Below are positions 35,401 to 49,800 of a stretch of 64,000 nucleotides of DNA, one piece after another. Within the stretch, counting starts at the first letter, position 1, and each line of letters opens with the position of its first letter. The stretch spans positions 51,708,001-51,772,000 of the forward strand of contig NW_027266265.1 of NCBI RefSeq assembly GCF_022045235.1, in the 5' to 3' direction. A model generated the notes under the pieces. That model had not been told where the DNA came from and ran no database searches. It saw only the letters and a program-made list of their open reading frames with translations. This stretch comes from Haliotis cracherodii. Its lineage: Eukaryota. Both the position numbers and the translations under genes were made by a program.

Positions 35401-36999
35401 ACCAAGTTGCCGTGCTTATATGCTTTCAATGCTTGTCATATGTTCGAGCGAAGTATATCAGTGTAAACAAACTGCTTGAGTATATACAGCGCCATATTTG
35501 GTTCAGTGATTCCGTAAATCAGATCGATAACCCACTCAAAACATTGGACTCAACCCACTCAGTATATTTGCTAACACCAAAGAGTTTGCGTTTTAGGTAG
35601 TCATGGTAGAATGGAGATAAACATACTGTGTTTTTAATGTAGAGCTAGGTTACCTGTAGATTTAACCTTGCTAAATTTAACATTTGAAACCTCACACGCA
35701 TCTCCTAAATATCAGACCTTAAATTCAATAAATGTAAAATAATATCCTGCACTTAAACAAAAAAATATAATTCCACACATATGATTTATTTGTTTGTGGC
35801 CTTACCTCTCATATAGTAACTGACACTAATACCTGTCCCCGAACTAGAAATACAGACCAGTTGCTAAATGATATAAACAGCATGTGTATATGTAGTGATA
35901 ATGGATAATGTCTTGAAATCAGCATTTGTGAAAAACCATAGGATAAGAAACCTGATTGGTGAAACATCACACTTTGACTTCTCATTATACTTTAAGCCGA
36001 GAGTATCTTAAGAACACAAAAATACAATTCAAAAGCTTCATAGTGAGTGAGTGAGTATGGTTTTACGCCGCTTTTAGCAATATTCCAGCAATATCATCAC
36101 GAGGGACACCAGAAATGGGTTTCACACAATGTACCCATGTTGGAAATCGAACCCAGGTCCTCAGCGTGATGAGCTAACACTTTAACCACTAGCCCCCTTC
36201 AATTCATATTTAATACAGAGATACATGACATGAACCAATCTGACTTATTTTCTGCAAAGTCCCAATTTCAGACTTATAACTGTTTATGTAATAATTGCAG
36301 TTTCAGATATAATGTCTGCTAATTGAACATTGACATGTATACGGAAATTTTTTGAAATAAGGTTTTTATTACATTACGAACTAATGAGAGAAAAATAAGA
36401 TATTTTGTAGTCCACACATGTCGATTTTTACGGAGGTAAGCTGACGTCAAGCGTCTTTCTTCACGACATCTCAGTACAAATGTATCCTGGCACCCATAAG
36501 ACAGGACCCTTACCTCATGGTCGGTCACATATATTGTCCAGAGGAGCAGAAGTGCCTCCAGCTGGAGGGAATGTAAACACCACACAACACAAGCACACGT
36601 ACATCAAATCTGTAATACTCCATACAGTACACAATTAATGACCTCAGATCAGTATCATAATAAGCCAAATCTCATAAAAATCAGATCAAAGTTATTGCTA
36701 CTGCTAAACTAGAAAGAACCAACATTTGATTTTCATTACAATCAGAATCACATCCAACATGATTTTCATTACCAAGCCTCTTTAAATGTTTTGTTTTAGA
36801 CAAAGAAACATAAACGTAAGGCACACTAAAAGATGATTTCACAAATCAGACATGTGACTGGTATGTGGAGGTAGTAGGGTAAGGTTTTGACAGCATGGGT
36901 ACAGGCAGTATATCTAGACGTTCATCACAGTGTAGTGGGAACACTGCCTGTTAAGTGAAAGAACAATATTGCTTCATATGTGGAGAGAATGAACTGGTT

Positions 37000-37486
37000 C
37001 CGATGCAATCTCATTAAAATCTGATCTTAGTTCTTGATATCGCTAAACAAAGATCTGAGGACATCCCATTAAAGGTCATGTCAGAACGACCTTTCATCCA
37101 ACCAATCGGAGCGTCGCTTACCAGATCATGAAAGTGACAGTCGGCATGTGTTTTTTAATCATGCAACCATGAAAAATTTAACACGGGGTATTCCGAACGA
37201 CAGTAACAGGTTTTCTGATAATATCCATACAATCTAGGCCATCTATAAGCCACTCCAGATGTTCTTCTTATCAATTTAAAAAAATTTGATTGAGAATACG
37301 ACAAAATATGTTTCGAAGCGTAGTCGCCAGTTTGAAACTAGTGTCGTAAAGCTCGAGAAAGCTGCCTTCTTATTGGCTAATGTCAATTTCTTGTCAGTCA
37401 TTTCATTTGTCGGTCAAAATTCGCGAAAGGTCGTTCTGATGTGACCCGTAATGGGACGTGATCTGATTTTAATGAGATTGGGTCCG
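37000..37486. mobile_element. MITE with CAATCTCATTAAAATC termini; related copies at about 41440-41910 and 55901-56410
   Basis: Inverted termini CAATCTCATTAAAATCTGATC / GATCTGATTTTAATGAGATTG. The internal sequence is shared in reverse with 41440-41910. Confidence 0.65.
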
Positions 37487-37676
37487 ATGTCCACATTAAC
37501 AATTCTTTTTCAAGATCATGAGTGAGTGAGTGAGTGAGTGAGGTTAGTTTAATGCCACTTTGAACAGTGTTTCTGTAAAATAGACATCGCTCAAGGCTTG
37601 TCACAAGGAGGTCTGTGTGTGATCAGTTCTGATGCTTCTCATATACAAAAATAGAATAATAATAATTTTTTTTGAT

Positions 37677-37771
37677 CTGGCTTAATTTGGATAAAACCGT
37701 ATTCGACCTGGCCTAATTCGGATAAAACCGTGTCCGATCTGGCCTAATTCGGATAAAACCGTGTCCGATCC
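37677..37771. repeat. 31-bp tandem repeat, 3 copies
   Basis: TGGCCTAATTCGGATAAAACCGTGTCCGATC. Confidence 0.9.
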
Positions 37772-38017
37772 AGGCTGGTTGTGAGATGAGGTAGTCAAGT
37801 CAGAGTGGCTGGTCATTTCTGGTCAAAACTGGTATTGCCCAGTTATGGTGAGATTGATCTGGATAGGGACAACAGGGTTGCAATGTGGTCAAGCCAGAGT
37901 CTCGTGGTGATGAATTCTGATTACCACATCCTCATCCACAAAATGTGAAATATATTGGTCTGGAATGGATACGATGACACAGAGATAATGCAGGCAGGTC
38001 ACAAGGAGGTGATGTGG

Positions 38018-41000
38018 TCAAGCCAGAGCCACATGTGGCTGGTCTGTCCTGATGACCTCCTCCTCCTCGTTGAGGTGGTTGTAGAGGGGGAACTCACAGC
38101 AGCACAGACACTTGAGGAAGGAGGGAAACACGCCATACACGGGCGGGGGGAAGGGTATCAAGGGACTCGTTCGCTTCTTGTAGGTTACGTAGTCTTCATT
38201 CCTGAAACAGTGAGGGAGTGAGTGAGTATGGTTTTATGCCGCTTTTAACAATATTCATGCAATATCACAGCAGGGGACTCCAGAAATGGGCTTCACTCAT
38301 CGTACCCAAGTGGGGAGTTCAACCTGGGTCTTCAGCATGACGAGCAAACGCTTTGACCACTAAGCTACCCCACCGCCACAATTCCTGAAACAGTATTTCA
38401 TAGAATCGTACCTAATACATTCAACGTAATAAGCACCCAGGACGCTCTCAAAATTAGAAATAGGGAGCTCTTTTTAGAGTTTTATTTTGGTGAGTTGAAA
38501 GATAAATTTCATGGAGTATGCTGACAGCCTGAAATGTTGATATATGACATATTTTTCCAGAATTTAACTGCTCATAATTAATGGTGCATGTAACACATGA
38601 GTGCGTATCATACGCAAATAATCTTTTTTGTATCAATCGGGGTGCTAATTGGGATTGTTCACTAGCCAATATATTAACAAAATTGCTGTGGGCGCTTATT
38701 ATGTTGAATACGGTACATAAAATTGGTAAAGTTTGAAAATAAGGCCTAAAAACAAAAGCGATGTCTTCCCATTACCAAAATGACCCTAATTAAAGGTGAC
38801 GTCCCTGAGCCTTTCAAAGTGCAAAGTGCAATATTTATCAAAACACAGCTTAGCTAACAGTGATTTTCCAACAGTTCTACACCCAACCACACTCTCAATC
38901 CCCAATCTGTCATCATGGTCAGTTGGGAGCATCTACTGAAGGGGACAGTATAGAAGAGTGAGTCTTACTCCTACTCAAAGGCAGTGTAGGAAACAATTTT
39001 CAACAGCACTAGCGAGACGAGCTCACTAGTTAATGTTTTACAAGCCAATTTTGTCTTCAAGTAGCTATATGTATTTTCTCCTACCATCAACAAAGAGAAA
39101 TCTGGTAGCATAGAAAAAAAAGAATTCAAAGTTTAAACTAGGTGAACTTTAATCTGAATCAATATCAAACAGGTTTCTGTCACACACAGAACTAGTGACA
39201 AGCGACCTTTACAAGTAAGACAAATGTGACATCCCAGATATGTCAGAAAAATTTAAAATCTATTATGCAAATTAACATTATCATGTTCAATATTGACTTC
39301 TCTCTGAGATCCCCATTTTTTAAACCTGGGACTACAATAATGGCCGTGGGTCCCCCGGACTCTCCCAAATAATTAGGCCTGGTAAATCTCGGCACATTTT
39401 ACCCATATGGAGAATCAAACCCAGGTCTTCGCTGTGAAGAGCGAGTGCTTTAACCACCAGGCTACTCTGTCACCCACTGTTGATCAAGACATGGAAGAAA
39501 ACTACAGCTGAGCATCGCATGGTATCTTGCGATACGATTCCTATCATGATATGGACTGACGATACTACTGGTATCACGATACACCACATCAAACAGTAAG
39601 AAATTATGAAACCACCGAAATACAGCTCTAAAACATCTTTCTTCATGCAATTATTCATTGTTATCTCAAAACATTTATCAAAGAATACCACAAGAACAGT
39701 TTTAAATGAAAGGATGGTTATCAAATGTAACATTAAGTCTACAGGTGGCGTTATGCTACTTCTGCTATTAAGGGAGGTAACTCTATTAGTTTCTTTTCTA
39801 GTGAGTGAGTTGGGGTTAAGGCAGCTTTTAACAGTATTCCAGTCATATCACGGCATGTCAGCTTAATGTGGGAGGAAAGCCTGAAGTGATGTAGGTCTCA
39901 GACGTTTACCACTTCGGTGAAACCCACGAGCACGGGTATGGTGCTGACAAACCTAGAAACATAATCGGGGAAACCGGGATTCGAACCCACAATCATAGGT
40001 TTCTGGCATGCCCAAGGGACACAACTCCGCACAGCAAATCGCGGCGTCTAGACGACTGGGCCACTCGTGCCCCAATTTTCTTTTCTAATATAGCATATCA
40101 CAATTTCACAAACAGATGATTCAAGTATCGTGTGTTCCTAAGTATCGATGATATGGAATAAGCGAGTCGTTACAGCCCTAAAGAACACACTGCCTCTACA
40201 CATGGAGAGTTGATGAGTATGTGAGCCGCTCATTCCAAGTCGTCCTGTACACCTTACTTTCTGTATCTCTCATCGGACTTCTGCTCCAGGAGGGGAATAC
40301 CGCTGAGGAAGAGCAGGATGGCCATAGTGAACACAGGGCTAAGGACAGCCACCCACTGAGCATCAACCAGGATACTGGTACTCATTATGAACACGCCGAT
40401 CCATAGCGTGATCTCACCAAAATAGTTCGGGTGGCGGGAGACTTTCCATAATCCTGAAAGAAAATCAAGTTATTGAATACTGTAAATCGTGAAATTAATG
40501 CATCTCCAAAAGAATGTGACCACTGGACCCTAGCCAATATGAATGTGACACCCCCTCCTCTCAAGCCTCAGTGGATATCTATCTAAAGATGTCCTCAGTC
40601 AGGTTTAGAATCCTCACCTTAATCCCACCTTACATTAATCCAACCACACACTAAATAGCACCGCTTATTAGCGCTGAGTAAAGTACTTCTGCAAAATCAA
40701 TACATGCGCGCTGGCTTGTGTCGGCCTTTGATGCAGTCGCAAAGAACAAAAGGTGGCGTCTGTCTGGACTTGCAGGTGTGATCAGTGATGACATAAGTGA
40801 GTAGAACTCTTGTCTTGACCCCAGCAGTGACAATTCACAGGATGTCATTAGTGTTTGCATGACATTGTTTATATACTTTATATACAAGTGCTGCTCAATA
40901 AACAGTGGTGTGGAATACATCAGCATATGTCTAAGTTGGTATTTTTGCTATCCAAAATGTCTTATTGTTGATATAAATGCGATGTTTAAAAATGCGAGCA

Positions 41001-44000
41001 AAGACCATTCGCATTTTTCACGCTTAATTCACACTCGCGTTAATTTCAAGATTTACAGTATATAATCAAGGTATCATGCTACACATTTATCTGAGTCTTT
41101 CACTGGTCAAATTAAAAAAAGTACAATGCCTATCCCAATTTCATTAAAGACAAAGATGAACAAGGAGTTGTCTCCCTTTATACATCTACCTTACGGAGGA
41201 TGTCTATCTTTTCTTGTCAAATAACATTTTAATCTCACTGAGTAACCTGACAGAGTTAAGTTTATTTCATGAATTGGGCAGTTATTGGTGAAAATGTCTT
41301 CTTTTATCATTTACAGAGGTGAGAAAAGATTGTATTTGACAAAAAGCCAAATAATCTATCAACACACATGTTCTAACATTGAGGCAGGCTGAAAGACAAT
41401 CTTATTAAAATCACTTCTGCTACTACTTAGCAGTAGGCACTAGCCAATCAGAAAGCAGCTTTCTCAAGCCTTATGGCACCCCTTTCAAAAAGGAGACTTC
41501 CATTTCAGACTATGCTTGAAAAATATGCTGGCAAAGTTCTCAATTAAAATTTTGAAAACTGAAAAAAAAGAACATTATGGAATGTCTAATATATGGTCAA
41601 GATTGTATTGCAGTACCTCTCACATACATTGTACTATGCAATGTGTCTGCCATTAAAATGAAGCGAGAGATAGATGATGATTTTGACGGATTCAGTCGTA
41701 AAGCCTGTCACTGTCGTTCGGAATACTCTACATTAACATTTTTGAGGTTGCATGATTACAAAACACATTTCGACTGTCACTTTCCTGATCTGGTATAGGA
41801 CCTTCTGATTGGTCGGATGAAAGGTCGTTTTAATGTTACTCTAATGGGATGTCCTCAGAATTTTGTTAAACAATAGCGTGAACTAAGACCTGATTTTAAT
41901 GAGATTTTACTGAAAGAGGCTCTGGCATATTTAAGTCAATTCACACCTAGTTTGACCTGGCATACTGTACATCTTTGTCTCCTGATAGCACGTGGCACTT
42001 TCAACAATACTTCTAGGGTGGGGCCTATAGTGCTTTAAGTCCCTAAACTTGAAAAAAGGACCACATTTTCAAATAGAATGGGGCATTTTAACATTGTGCT
42101 GTATGGGCGTACCTCTGGAATATTTGAAATGTTCACATAAATGGCCCATGTCATAAAATTCTGAGAATGAACCCTGCACTTTCAACCACTGTCTCAGATC
42201 AATTAAAAGTGTTGTTGATGTTATTCACAAGAAAATCATAATTAATTTACTTTGTTGTTTTACACCGCACTCAGCAATATCACAGCTATATGACCGTGAT
42301 CTGAATATAATCCAGTCTGGAACAGACAATCCAGAAACTGATTGCATGAGCATCGATCCACGCAATTGGGATACGATGACATGCATCAACCAAGTCAGCC
42401 AGCCTGACCACCGATCCCGTTAGTGGCCTCTTACGACAAGCATAGTCCCCTTTTACGGCAAGCATGGATTGCTGAAGACCTATTCTACCCCGGATCTTTA
42501 CGGGTCGATGAATTTACTGGGGACACTTTTCAGTACAGGTAACTACATAGAAAAGTAGATTGTTTGTCCATGGATTTTGGTTGCAGGTTCCCGAGACCTC
42601 CTTTCAGTATTTGCAGAGAAGTGCAGTGTTTAACATTGATTGGTGCCGAAATACCATGCTTTTTTTAACACTACAGTCGATACTTTACTGGACATAAATA
42701 ACACTTTTTCAGTGGGGTCATTCAACAATCACGGGTCATGGGGTCTACAGTATCCCAGACTTGCCACATAGGCCAGTGTCATTCAACAATCATGGGTCAT
42801 GGGGTCTACTGTATCCCAGAATTCCCACATAGGCCAGTGTCATTCAACAATCACAGGTCATGGGGTCTACAGTATCTCAGAGTTGCCACATAATCCAGTG
42901 TCCTTCAACAATCACGGGTCATGGGGTCTACAGTATCTCAGAGTTGCCACATAATCCAGTGTCCTTCAACAATCACGGGTCATGGGGTCCACAGTATCCC
43001 AGAGTTGCCACATAGGCCAGTGTCATTCAACAATCACGGGTCATGGGGTCTACAGTATCCCAGACTAGCCACATAGTCCAGTGTCATTCAACAATCATGT
43101 GTCATGGGGTCTACTGTATCCCAGAGTTGCCACATAGGCCAGTGTCATTCAACAATCATGGGTCCTGGGGTCTACAGTATCCCAGACTTGCCACATAGTC
43201 CAGTGTCATTCAACAATCATGTGTCATGGGGTCTACTGTATCCCAGAGTTGCCACATAGGCCAGTGTCATTCAACAATCATGAGTCCTGGGGTCTACAGT
43301 ATCCCAGAGTTGCCACATAAGCTGGTGGTTTGAACATTTTGTTATAGTGAGTGAGTTGGGTTTAACGCTGTTTTTAACATTAATCCAGTTATATCACGGC
43401 ATGTCTGCTTAATGGGGGAGGAAAGCCCGAAGTGATGCAGGTCTCGGATGTTTACCACTTCGGTGAAACCCACGAGCACAGGTATGGTGCTGACAAACCT
43501 AGAAACATAATTGGGGTGAATCTGGATTCGAATCCACAGTCATAGGTTTCTGGCATGCCCAAGGGTCGCAACTCTGCACACAGAATCGTGGCACCTTAGA
43601 CGACTGGGCCACCCATGTCCCTCTGTTCCTTATAAGTTACGTCTTTTTCTACCAATTTAACCTCTAATGTAATGTATTGTATGTATTACGATATAAGGTC
43701 ATCAATAGACGATATTATGTGTGTTCATGTCATACTATGTTTACGACAAGAGTGTTTAAATACTGGAATTTAGGCACAAGAGTTGTAAACATAGTATGAC
43801 ATGAACATGAATATTATGGTCTATTTATTACTGAAGAAGATGTCTACATACAGAGACAAATTTAGTGTTTGCCTATAAGGACAGCAAGTCGCAACAGCCA
43901 CAGAACCACAATTTGTTGATTGACGTCAACGATCTTCAGCTACCGGTATGACGCCATTTCTAGTGTGACTTCATTCCAACCTCACATCACAATAAGATTG

Positions 44001-46995
44001 GAATGACGTCAACAATGCCGTCCAGATGACGGAAACAATACACTGTTGTCTCGTGACGTGATATGACCCTAGGGCACATATGATTCGTATGAACCCCGAT
44101 ATGTTTGCAATCGTAGATAATAAATCCATGTACAGTGGGTCTCATATCAGAATACAACACTGCATCACTGTATTGTAACCACTATTCATAACTTGATAGA
44201 AAACCATGTAGCAATAATAGTGTGCTAAATTAAGGCCACACTTTTTTATTTCTTGCTTTATAGATTTGTTTATCTGTCGGTAGGTGGAAAAATAATTCAA
44301 TTTCTTCTTTAGTTTTCTGCTCTACTACAGGCCAGCTGGTACCAAAATTTAAATATGGCATAATTTGGGAGGAGAGCCCAGGCCTGCACCACAGCTGTTG
44401 CTTTCAGCAATGCAAACCTGACGAATCAAGCGGGAACACTGTTCATGCTGTTGTTCATCTATCCATCCATCAATTTCAGGAAGAACAATAAACATTATTT
44501 ATACTTTTGGCGCAGGATGCTATCAGCATATTGGCACGATAAAAAAACTTGTTTTTCCAATTCAACAAAATTTACAGTTGAGAGACCAAGTAAGTAAAAT
44601 CAAAAGTGTTGCCTAACAACAATAACAACAGAAAACAACATAACAACACATACCCTTATCACACCATTTTCCTTTGTTGATTGGATTATTCCTGAAACCA
44701 AATTTTTGGAAATCTGCAAAAGTTTCTGAAAAAAGCCCTATTGCAAAGAACACAATGCCGACAATATCTTGTGGTGTGATGGAGGTGCTCTTGAGTGCGC
44801 TGGCTGGTGCATTGATGAATATCACAGGCAGACTCACAGTGAACACCCACACGGCCTGCAACAATAGAAAGATGCATTAGGTTCTGCAGCTCATCTGATC
44901 CCCATGTGTTGAAACCATAAGATCAATTTGTGAAATAAAGCAGTGGATATCTCAAAACCTACCTCATATTTTAAATGGATAAAAAAAACCTCAAACAACA
45001 TGACAGCCAGCATCAGGAAAATATAAAAATAAAGACAGGATTTATATATTTCTGAATCCTTTTACACAGGCAACACTTACAAAAATGAACAAGTATTTAA
45101 AAATAGTCTAACATGTTTACAGAAAATGTGTTTTTGAATATTTTCAAATAAATGATGTAAATATAAACTGTATGATGTAATGGCCATTTTGTTTTTAAAA
45201 TGTTCAACAAAAGAATGCATCAGCATATATACGCATTCTATGGTTTTGATGAATTAGTGCTTACCTGAAATACCCAGAACCCAGCAAATTTCAGACAGTT
45301 TTCTCTTTTGTCATCAAAGCGTTTATCTTCTCCGATCTTGATGATGCGATACAGCAAATATCCTGACAACCGAAGGCCCCAAACTACGACAAACACTGTG
45401 ATGATAATTTGCCGAGTGCTGTATGTCTGAAACAGTAAAAACAACATGGAAAGATGTCATCAAAAGTTTAAACACGATTCTAAAGTAGCAACTGCTACCA
45501 TTACAGAAAAAAACCATAGTTAGAAACTAACACTAGCCAACAGTCCCGGGCTAGCATAAATTCCTGGAGACTAGTACAAATTTCCCAATTGTTTTAACAT
45601 TACAAGGTCATTGTACCTTTAAACCCAGCTAGTAAAGCTTTTGAGTTTAGATCTAACCGTGAAAAAACTTAAACTATAGTTGTGATTCAGATAACCATGG
45701 TGATACAGATTAGGTGACAGGTAATTATCATCTGTTGTGACAGAAGACAACCATGATTAGTTGGAAGACAATAGTCGTAGGTAGTGATACCTGTAACATA
45801 AGCAATTGTTTTTGCCCTGGTCTGCTAGGTGATGGGATCAATACATCTTTTATATGAGTATCATTGCAATACTGCAATTGGTGGTGGCAGTAATTGTTAA
45901 AATAGGTGTTAGGTAGGTACAGTACATGAAGTGAGTGAGTGAATATGGTTTATGGAATTCTCCAGCAATATCACGACAGGGGACACCAGAAATATGCTTC
46001 ACACATTGTACCCATGTGGGGGAATCGATCTCAGGTCTTCTGCTTGACGAGCAAGCTCTTAAACCACTCGGCTGCCCTACCTCCCCTCATTGGATGATGA
46101 TGGACACTGGGGGTATCATGACGTCATATTTCTTGATTATCATGAGCTAACTAGTCATGCATTAGTTGAACTTTTATTTAATTGTACAACTACAAGATAT
46201 TGACATAAAATAACAACATCTGACATCAATATTCTGTTGCTTGAAACATGTCATTACAAATACATAAATGAATGTAGAGGCTTGTTATGATATTGTTATT
46301 GTTACTATCAGTTGTGAAGGTAATGCTATCAGTGCCGCTTCCTGTTGCCACCTTGTATCTACCTACTGATGTCGTAGTGATCGTGTTTCGGCATTAAAGT
46401 GTTTGCTTGCCTTCCCCATGAGGACCTTGTCACTGGTTAGTGTCTCACCCCGGTGAAACATTGCTGTTACCATGGTTACATTCTTTTATTTTGTAGGACC
46501 TACAGTGTTTGACTGATAAAAATGTGTTGCATCGAATGTGACTCATTGACAGTCGGATTTGGATCATTTTGGAAGAAAACTGCTTCAAATAGGTAGGATT
46601 CCTCTGTCATGAGTGAAACTGTGGTCCAAATTGACCCCAGGACCTCCCTCAATTAACACTGTGCTAAATTCCCTCCCAAGCCTAATCATGTCCAGCTCAA
46701 TGCAGTGTCTGCCCTAATCTCCATGACCATTCAGTCATAAAATCTTTATTCTTCAGATATAGCAAAACAGGTTATTTTCTGTCAACTTCAACAATGTTCA
46801 ACATGTTCGACATTTCGCTCCACGTACCTCAGCAAGAAAAAATGTCAGAACAGCCAACACCACAAAGTTTGTGCCACCAGCGAAGTCTGTCACTTTGTCA
46901 AATTTACATGTACATGCTATGAGGAAGAAGATGAACTGCATAGCAACAGTAACTATGGCACATATTGCCAGGTTGTTCTCATCCAAAATCCACAT
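38018..46995 (-). CDS. DUF1295 / steroid 5-alpha-reductase C-terminal-like polytopic membrane protein, 303 aa
   Basis: Exons 46995-46828 (FDKVTDFAGGTNF), 45426-45265 (WGLRLSGYLLYRIIKIGEDKRFD), 44855-44654 (ETFADFQKF...GKWCDK), 40453-40258 (GLWKVSRHPNYFGE...SGIPLLE) and 38201-38018 (YKKRTSPLIPFPP). Phases are consistent. Confidence 0.92.
38212..38380 (-). mobile_element. SINE family A copy inserted at a splice acceptor
   Basis: TSD ATTCCTGAAACAGT at 38198-38211 and 38381-38394. Confidence 0.9.
38411..38713. mobile_element. Tc1/mariner (pogo-like) MITE, same family, more diverged
   Basis: Collinear with 17951-18299 and ends GCGCTTATTATGTTGAATACGG|TA. Confidence 0.8.
39801..40074 (-). mobile_element. 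SINE family C copy
   Basis: Full length, TSD TTTCTTTTCTA. Confidence 0.88.
42251..42505 (-). mobile_element. SINE-like family B copy
   Basis: Full-length reverse match including the CCCGT head. Confidence 0.88.
42711..43322. repeat. 61-bp minisatellite, about 10 copies
   Basis: CAGTGTCATTCAACAATCAYGGGTCATGGGGTCTACAGTATCCCAGAGTTGCCACATAGGC. Confidence 0.95.
43346..43621 (-). mobile_element. SINE family C copy
   Basis: Full-length reverse match to 5892-6170. Confidence 0.85.
43703..43826. repeat. Imperfect palindrome (probable end of a DNA element)
   Basis: TGTTCATGTCATACTATGTTTAC ... GTAAACATAGTATGACATGAACA. Confidence 0.75.
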
Positions 46996-48379
46996 TCTCT
47001 AAGAACTTTGGTGAACCTTTTTTCTGGAAAAAATAAACAGGCTTTACAATAAAACAACATGACAAAATGTGAGCAGGGCTCACTAAGACCCCTGACTTTC
47101 ACTCCGACATATTTCTAAGTTCAAAAACATGAAAAAAGCATGCAGTAAGTCTGACCGCCTGATCCCGTTAGTCGCCCCCAATAAACACAGTCCCCTCTTA
47201 CAAGCATGGGTTGTTGAAGACCTATTCTAACCATTCATAAATAAATAGGAGAGGGTGATAGTAACACTTTCATTATTGTAATCAGACTTTCAAAATCCTG
47301 TTCTAAAACCAACACATTTCCTTTTCATATAATATTAATCACTCCGAACAGTCAAAACAACTTAATTTAAGGTGAAATGCACACCACAATCCCCACCCCA
47401 CCCCCACCCCCGACTTTCAACTGACCATGAGCATTGTTTTCGTTATAACATACTTACTGGTCACTAGTCTTTATTACTGGTATACTCCACTAATGTCATG
47501 AGACTGTTGTAAATCCTCCTATATATGAAATCTCTTTATGTAACTGTTACATATAAAGACGCCTCAGTCACGTGAGAAACTTAGGTAAGCTCTCAGCGTC
47601 TACTAAAATCACAAAGTGGGTCAAGAGTGTGGGTACAGCTGTACTCTGATTTGGCTATACAGCCTTTTACATATCAAGCCAGCCTAGAACTTTAGAACTT
47701 CTAGTCTGTGCAAATAATGTGTCTCAGTAGTATCTGTGAACTAGAAAATAACACAATTTCTGTACTTGTGACCACTGACCCTACCCTGACCTATAGGCCT
47801 ACACACACAGTGATACAGTGATACATATATAAATATATAATATATAAGCACAAAGTTCAGTCACTTATTAAAATTGATAAATTAATAACATCATATAGTA
47901 ATGATATATATATAGAGCAGTGTTTTTTTGCAAATGTATAATCTTTTAATTAAACAAAAGCCAAATTTTACACAAATCATAACGAAGCTTGCAAAACCTA
48001 TCAATAAACATGATAAATATTATTGTTGATGTCAATTTTTAATAGCATCAATGTGTGTTTGTTAATATTTTTTGAAACGTTAATACAAATTGTCTTCAAA
48101 CAAATGATGAGAAATATATCAATCGTCGGTGATTTAATGAAAGTACATCATGAAATAAATTTAGCATTTATTCTACTGAGAATAATTCTGATTTTGCCTT
48201 GGGTACATTTCTGTAGATCTAGATCTATACAGAAACGTAATAAAAATCATCAACACTTCAAATTGTGAACTTGCTTTCGTGATCATATAAACAATCATTT
48301 CGTAATGTGGTTAAAGAATTATTCATATCTCTCTGACAGTTACGGGGATGTCGAGGACTAAAGCGACAATCAACACTGA

Positions 48380-48960
48380 CATCAGACATCACGTTTCCAG
48401 GCACGCGATTCGTCAATGTCCGTATCATCGATCAGTGCTCACTGAGTTAGGAACATATACTGTGCGAATACTATTTGAAGGTATTCATACAAAAAGGAAA
48501 TTCTTAGAAATTAACCGATTTGGGTCTAATATCAAACCTTCACTTAAAATGAATTCATACCTCCACAATGATTGAGAATGTCTACGCTGTGACAGTTGTT
48601 GACAATCTTCAGTTATGTAAATGGGCGGGGAATACTGTCATCCGGGTTATCCTTCGGAACTCTAATCACTGTTCTCGAGCTACGGGGTCATAGAAATGGA
48701 GTCGCAAAAACCCTGTAAAGAAATGAATACATTATCTAAAAATAAAACGTATTTCTTTTGCGCCTGACAGGAAATAGGGTAAGCACGTGTACACGACGGA
48801 GGTCACCACCGACATGTTTACAATGGGAAGTCTGTTCCGTCGAGAACAATTCACCTGCAATTAACGCAGCTTACTGATTAGTATCGTTAACTGCTTCGGG
48901 CTGCTGCTTCACAGATCTCGTGTGCACCTTCGATCCCGAGGGATAGTTGTGGGTAAGATC
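48380..48960. promoter_or_regulatory. Probable bidirectional promoter and non-coding first exons of the DUF1295 gene and KDM8
   Basis: CpG-richer stretch between divergent genes, a GC box GGGCGGGG near 48622, an E-box CACGTG at 48784, and candidate plus-strand donors GG|GTAAG near 48779 and 48953. Both ATGs are preceded by splice acceptors. Confidence 0.45.
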
Positions 48961-48970
48961 GACTTCCGCC

Positions 48971-49014
<44 letters not shown>

Positions 49015-49182
49015 CTTTAATAAGAAAATGAGATGCTTTACAGCTGTTCATCTGATTAGAAAGAAAACTAAGAATGTTTCTTAAGCGTCCAAAAACGCAC
49101 AACACGGGGATACATAATTAAAAGGATTGAGCGACACAATCGATACATACAACTTTTGAAAGAGGGGATACGGGCGGAAGTC
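48961..49182. mobile_element. MITE of the GACTTCCGCCCG family containing a (CT)n tract
   Basis: GACTTCCGCCCG...CGGGCGGAAGTC. The right arm matches the 17002 element. Confidence 0.6.
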
Positions 49183-49221
49183 TTTCAGTATTATTGTTTG
49201 TTTGTTATTTATATCATGATA

Positions 49222-49563
49222 CCGTATTCGACGTAATAAGCGCCCAGGGCTCTCTCAAAATTAGAAATAGGGGGCTCTTATTAGAATATTATTTTGGGAA
49301 AAAAAAACAGTTGAAAGATAAATTTCGTGGTTTATGCTGACAGCCTGAAATGTTTATGTACGATACATATATTTTTCTAGAATTTAATTGCCCATAATTA
49401 AGGTCCATATAACACACAAGTGCGTATGGTACACGATTAAATAAGTCTTGTGAACGTTGATTAATCAGAAGGGATGGTAATCAGGATTGTTCACTAGCCA
49501 ATATATTAGCAAATACCGCCGTGGGCGCTTATTAGAGCGAGGCGCTTATTACGTCGAATACGG
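49222..49563. mobile_element. Tc1/mariner (pogo-like) MITE, same family
   Basis: Perfect TIR CCGTATTCGACGTAATAAGCGCC with a TA TSD. Confidence 0.88.
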
Positions 49564-49800
49564 TATAACATTTATACTAAGTTTTCCTATAATAATTAGA
49601 TCCACATCAAGTGCTTTTATGAGTTATTATGGTGTAATATTTATACATCATTTCATATAATTATAGTTTAGCAAGTAATACTTATCATCAGGTAAAATGC
49701 ATATATAAAATATCAGTAGTTTCAGTTATAGCTTTTTAGATAGATGCTAGCCAAAGGTAACGGGAGCGCTTCTCCAAGACATACTATTCAATAAGACAAG

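Noticed and set aside
33600-37000. Additional gene in the AT-rich stretch downstream of the DUF1295 gene
   Set aside because: There are only short ORFs with no recognisable motifs or consistent splice chain. It is more likely 3' UTR or intergenic DNA.
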